From Aplysia californica (Eukaryota), in contig NW_004797947.1 of NCBI RefSeq assembly GCF_000002075.1, forward strand, positions 272,349 through 336,348: a stretch of 64,000 nt of DNA. The letters are read 5' to 3'. The notes below the pieces were generated by a model. That model was not told the DNA's origin. It did not search any database and was given only the letters and a program-made list of their open reading frames with translations. The number at the start of each line of letters is the position of its first letter. Positions within the stretch are counted from its first letter, which is position 1. Made by a program: the position numbers and the translations under genes. Below are positions 63,740 through 64,000 of the stretch, piece after piece.

Positions 63740-64000
63740 AGGGGGCGCTCGTGGCATAGAGGTTAAGGTGTCCGCTTCAATATGTCTGGGTTCAAATCCG
63801 GATAGCGACTGAAGTTTTTCTTCTCTAAAAAATGGTCTCCTTTCACCCCTTTTCCTGCTCTCTCGCAATGTTCTGTCGTCTGCTTTCGTATCCACTTTCT
63901 GCCATCACCCCTCCCCTCCTCTGGGCTCGTGCCTCTTTCTGCAGCCTTTCTACTGCTACTCCTTGGCTCCTTCTTACTGCTGTCTTTCAGCCACACCCCG
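63740..64000 (+). mobile_element. SINE family A, 5' part (runs off window edge)
   Basis: Colinear with 11091-11370. Confidence 0.88.

Overview
AT-rich, repeat-dense genomic DNA from an invertebrate animal; no prokaryotic features or CRISPR arrays are seen, and there are five N-gaps. The only host protein-coding gene is CLPB (Skd3, the ankyrin-repeat mitochondrial AAA+ disaggregase) on the + strand. Fourteen coding exons can be spliced in frame from 3374 to the stop at 17630; the N-terminal targeting exons lie upstream of the window. The rest is layered transposable elements: five copies of a tRNA-derived SINE, a decayed hAT, an LTR-less Gypsy with an 856-codon gag-pol ORF, two RNase H-bearing I-group LINEs, RTE, Tc1 and Sola1-like fragments, Academ elements and several TIR-bounded MITEs. 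I see no clearly new protein system. The best leads are: a candidate GC-AG cassette exon in the Skd3-specific NBD insertion; ~60-70 bp tail-only retroposons with their own TSDs; an inverted pair of Academ derivatives with a strand-switched templated patch; and two orphan non-coding exons that may make the 24-64 kb TE field intronic.
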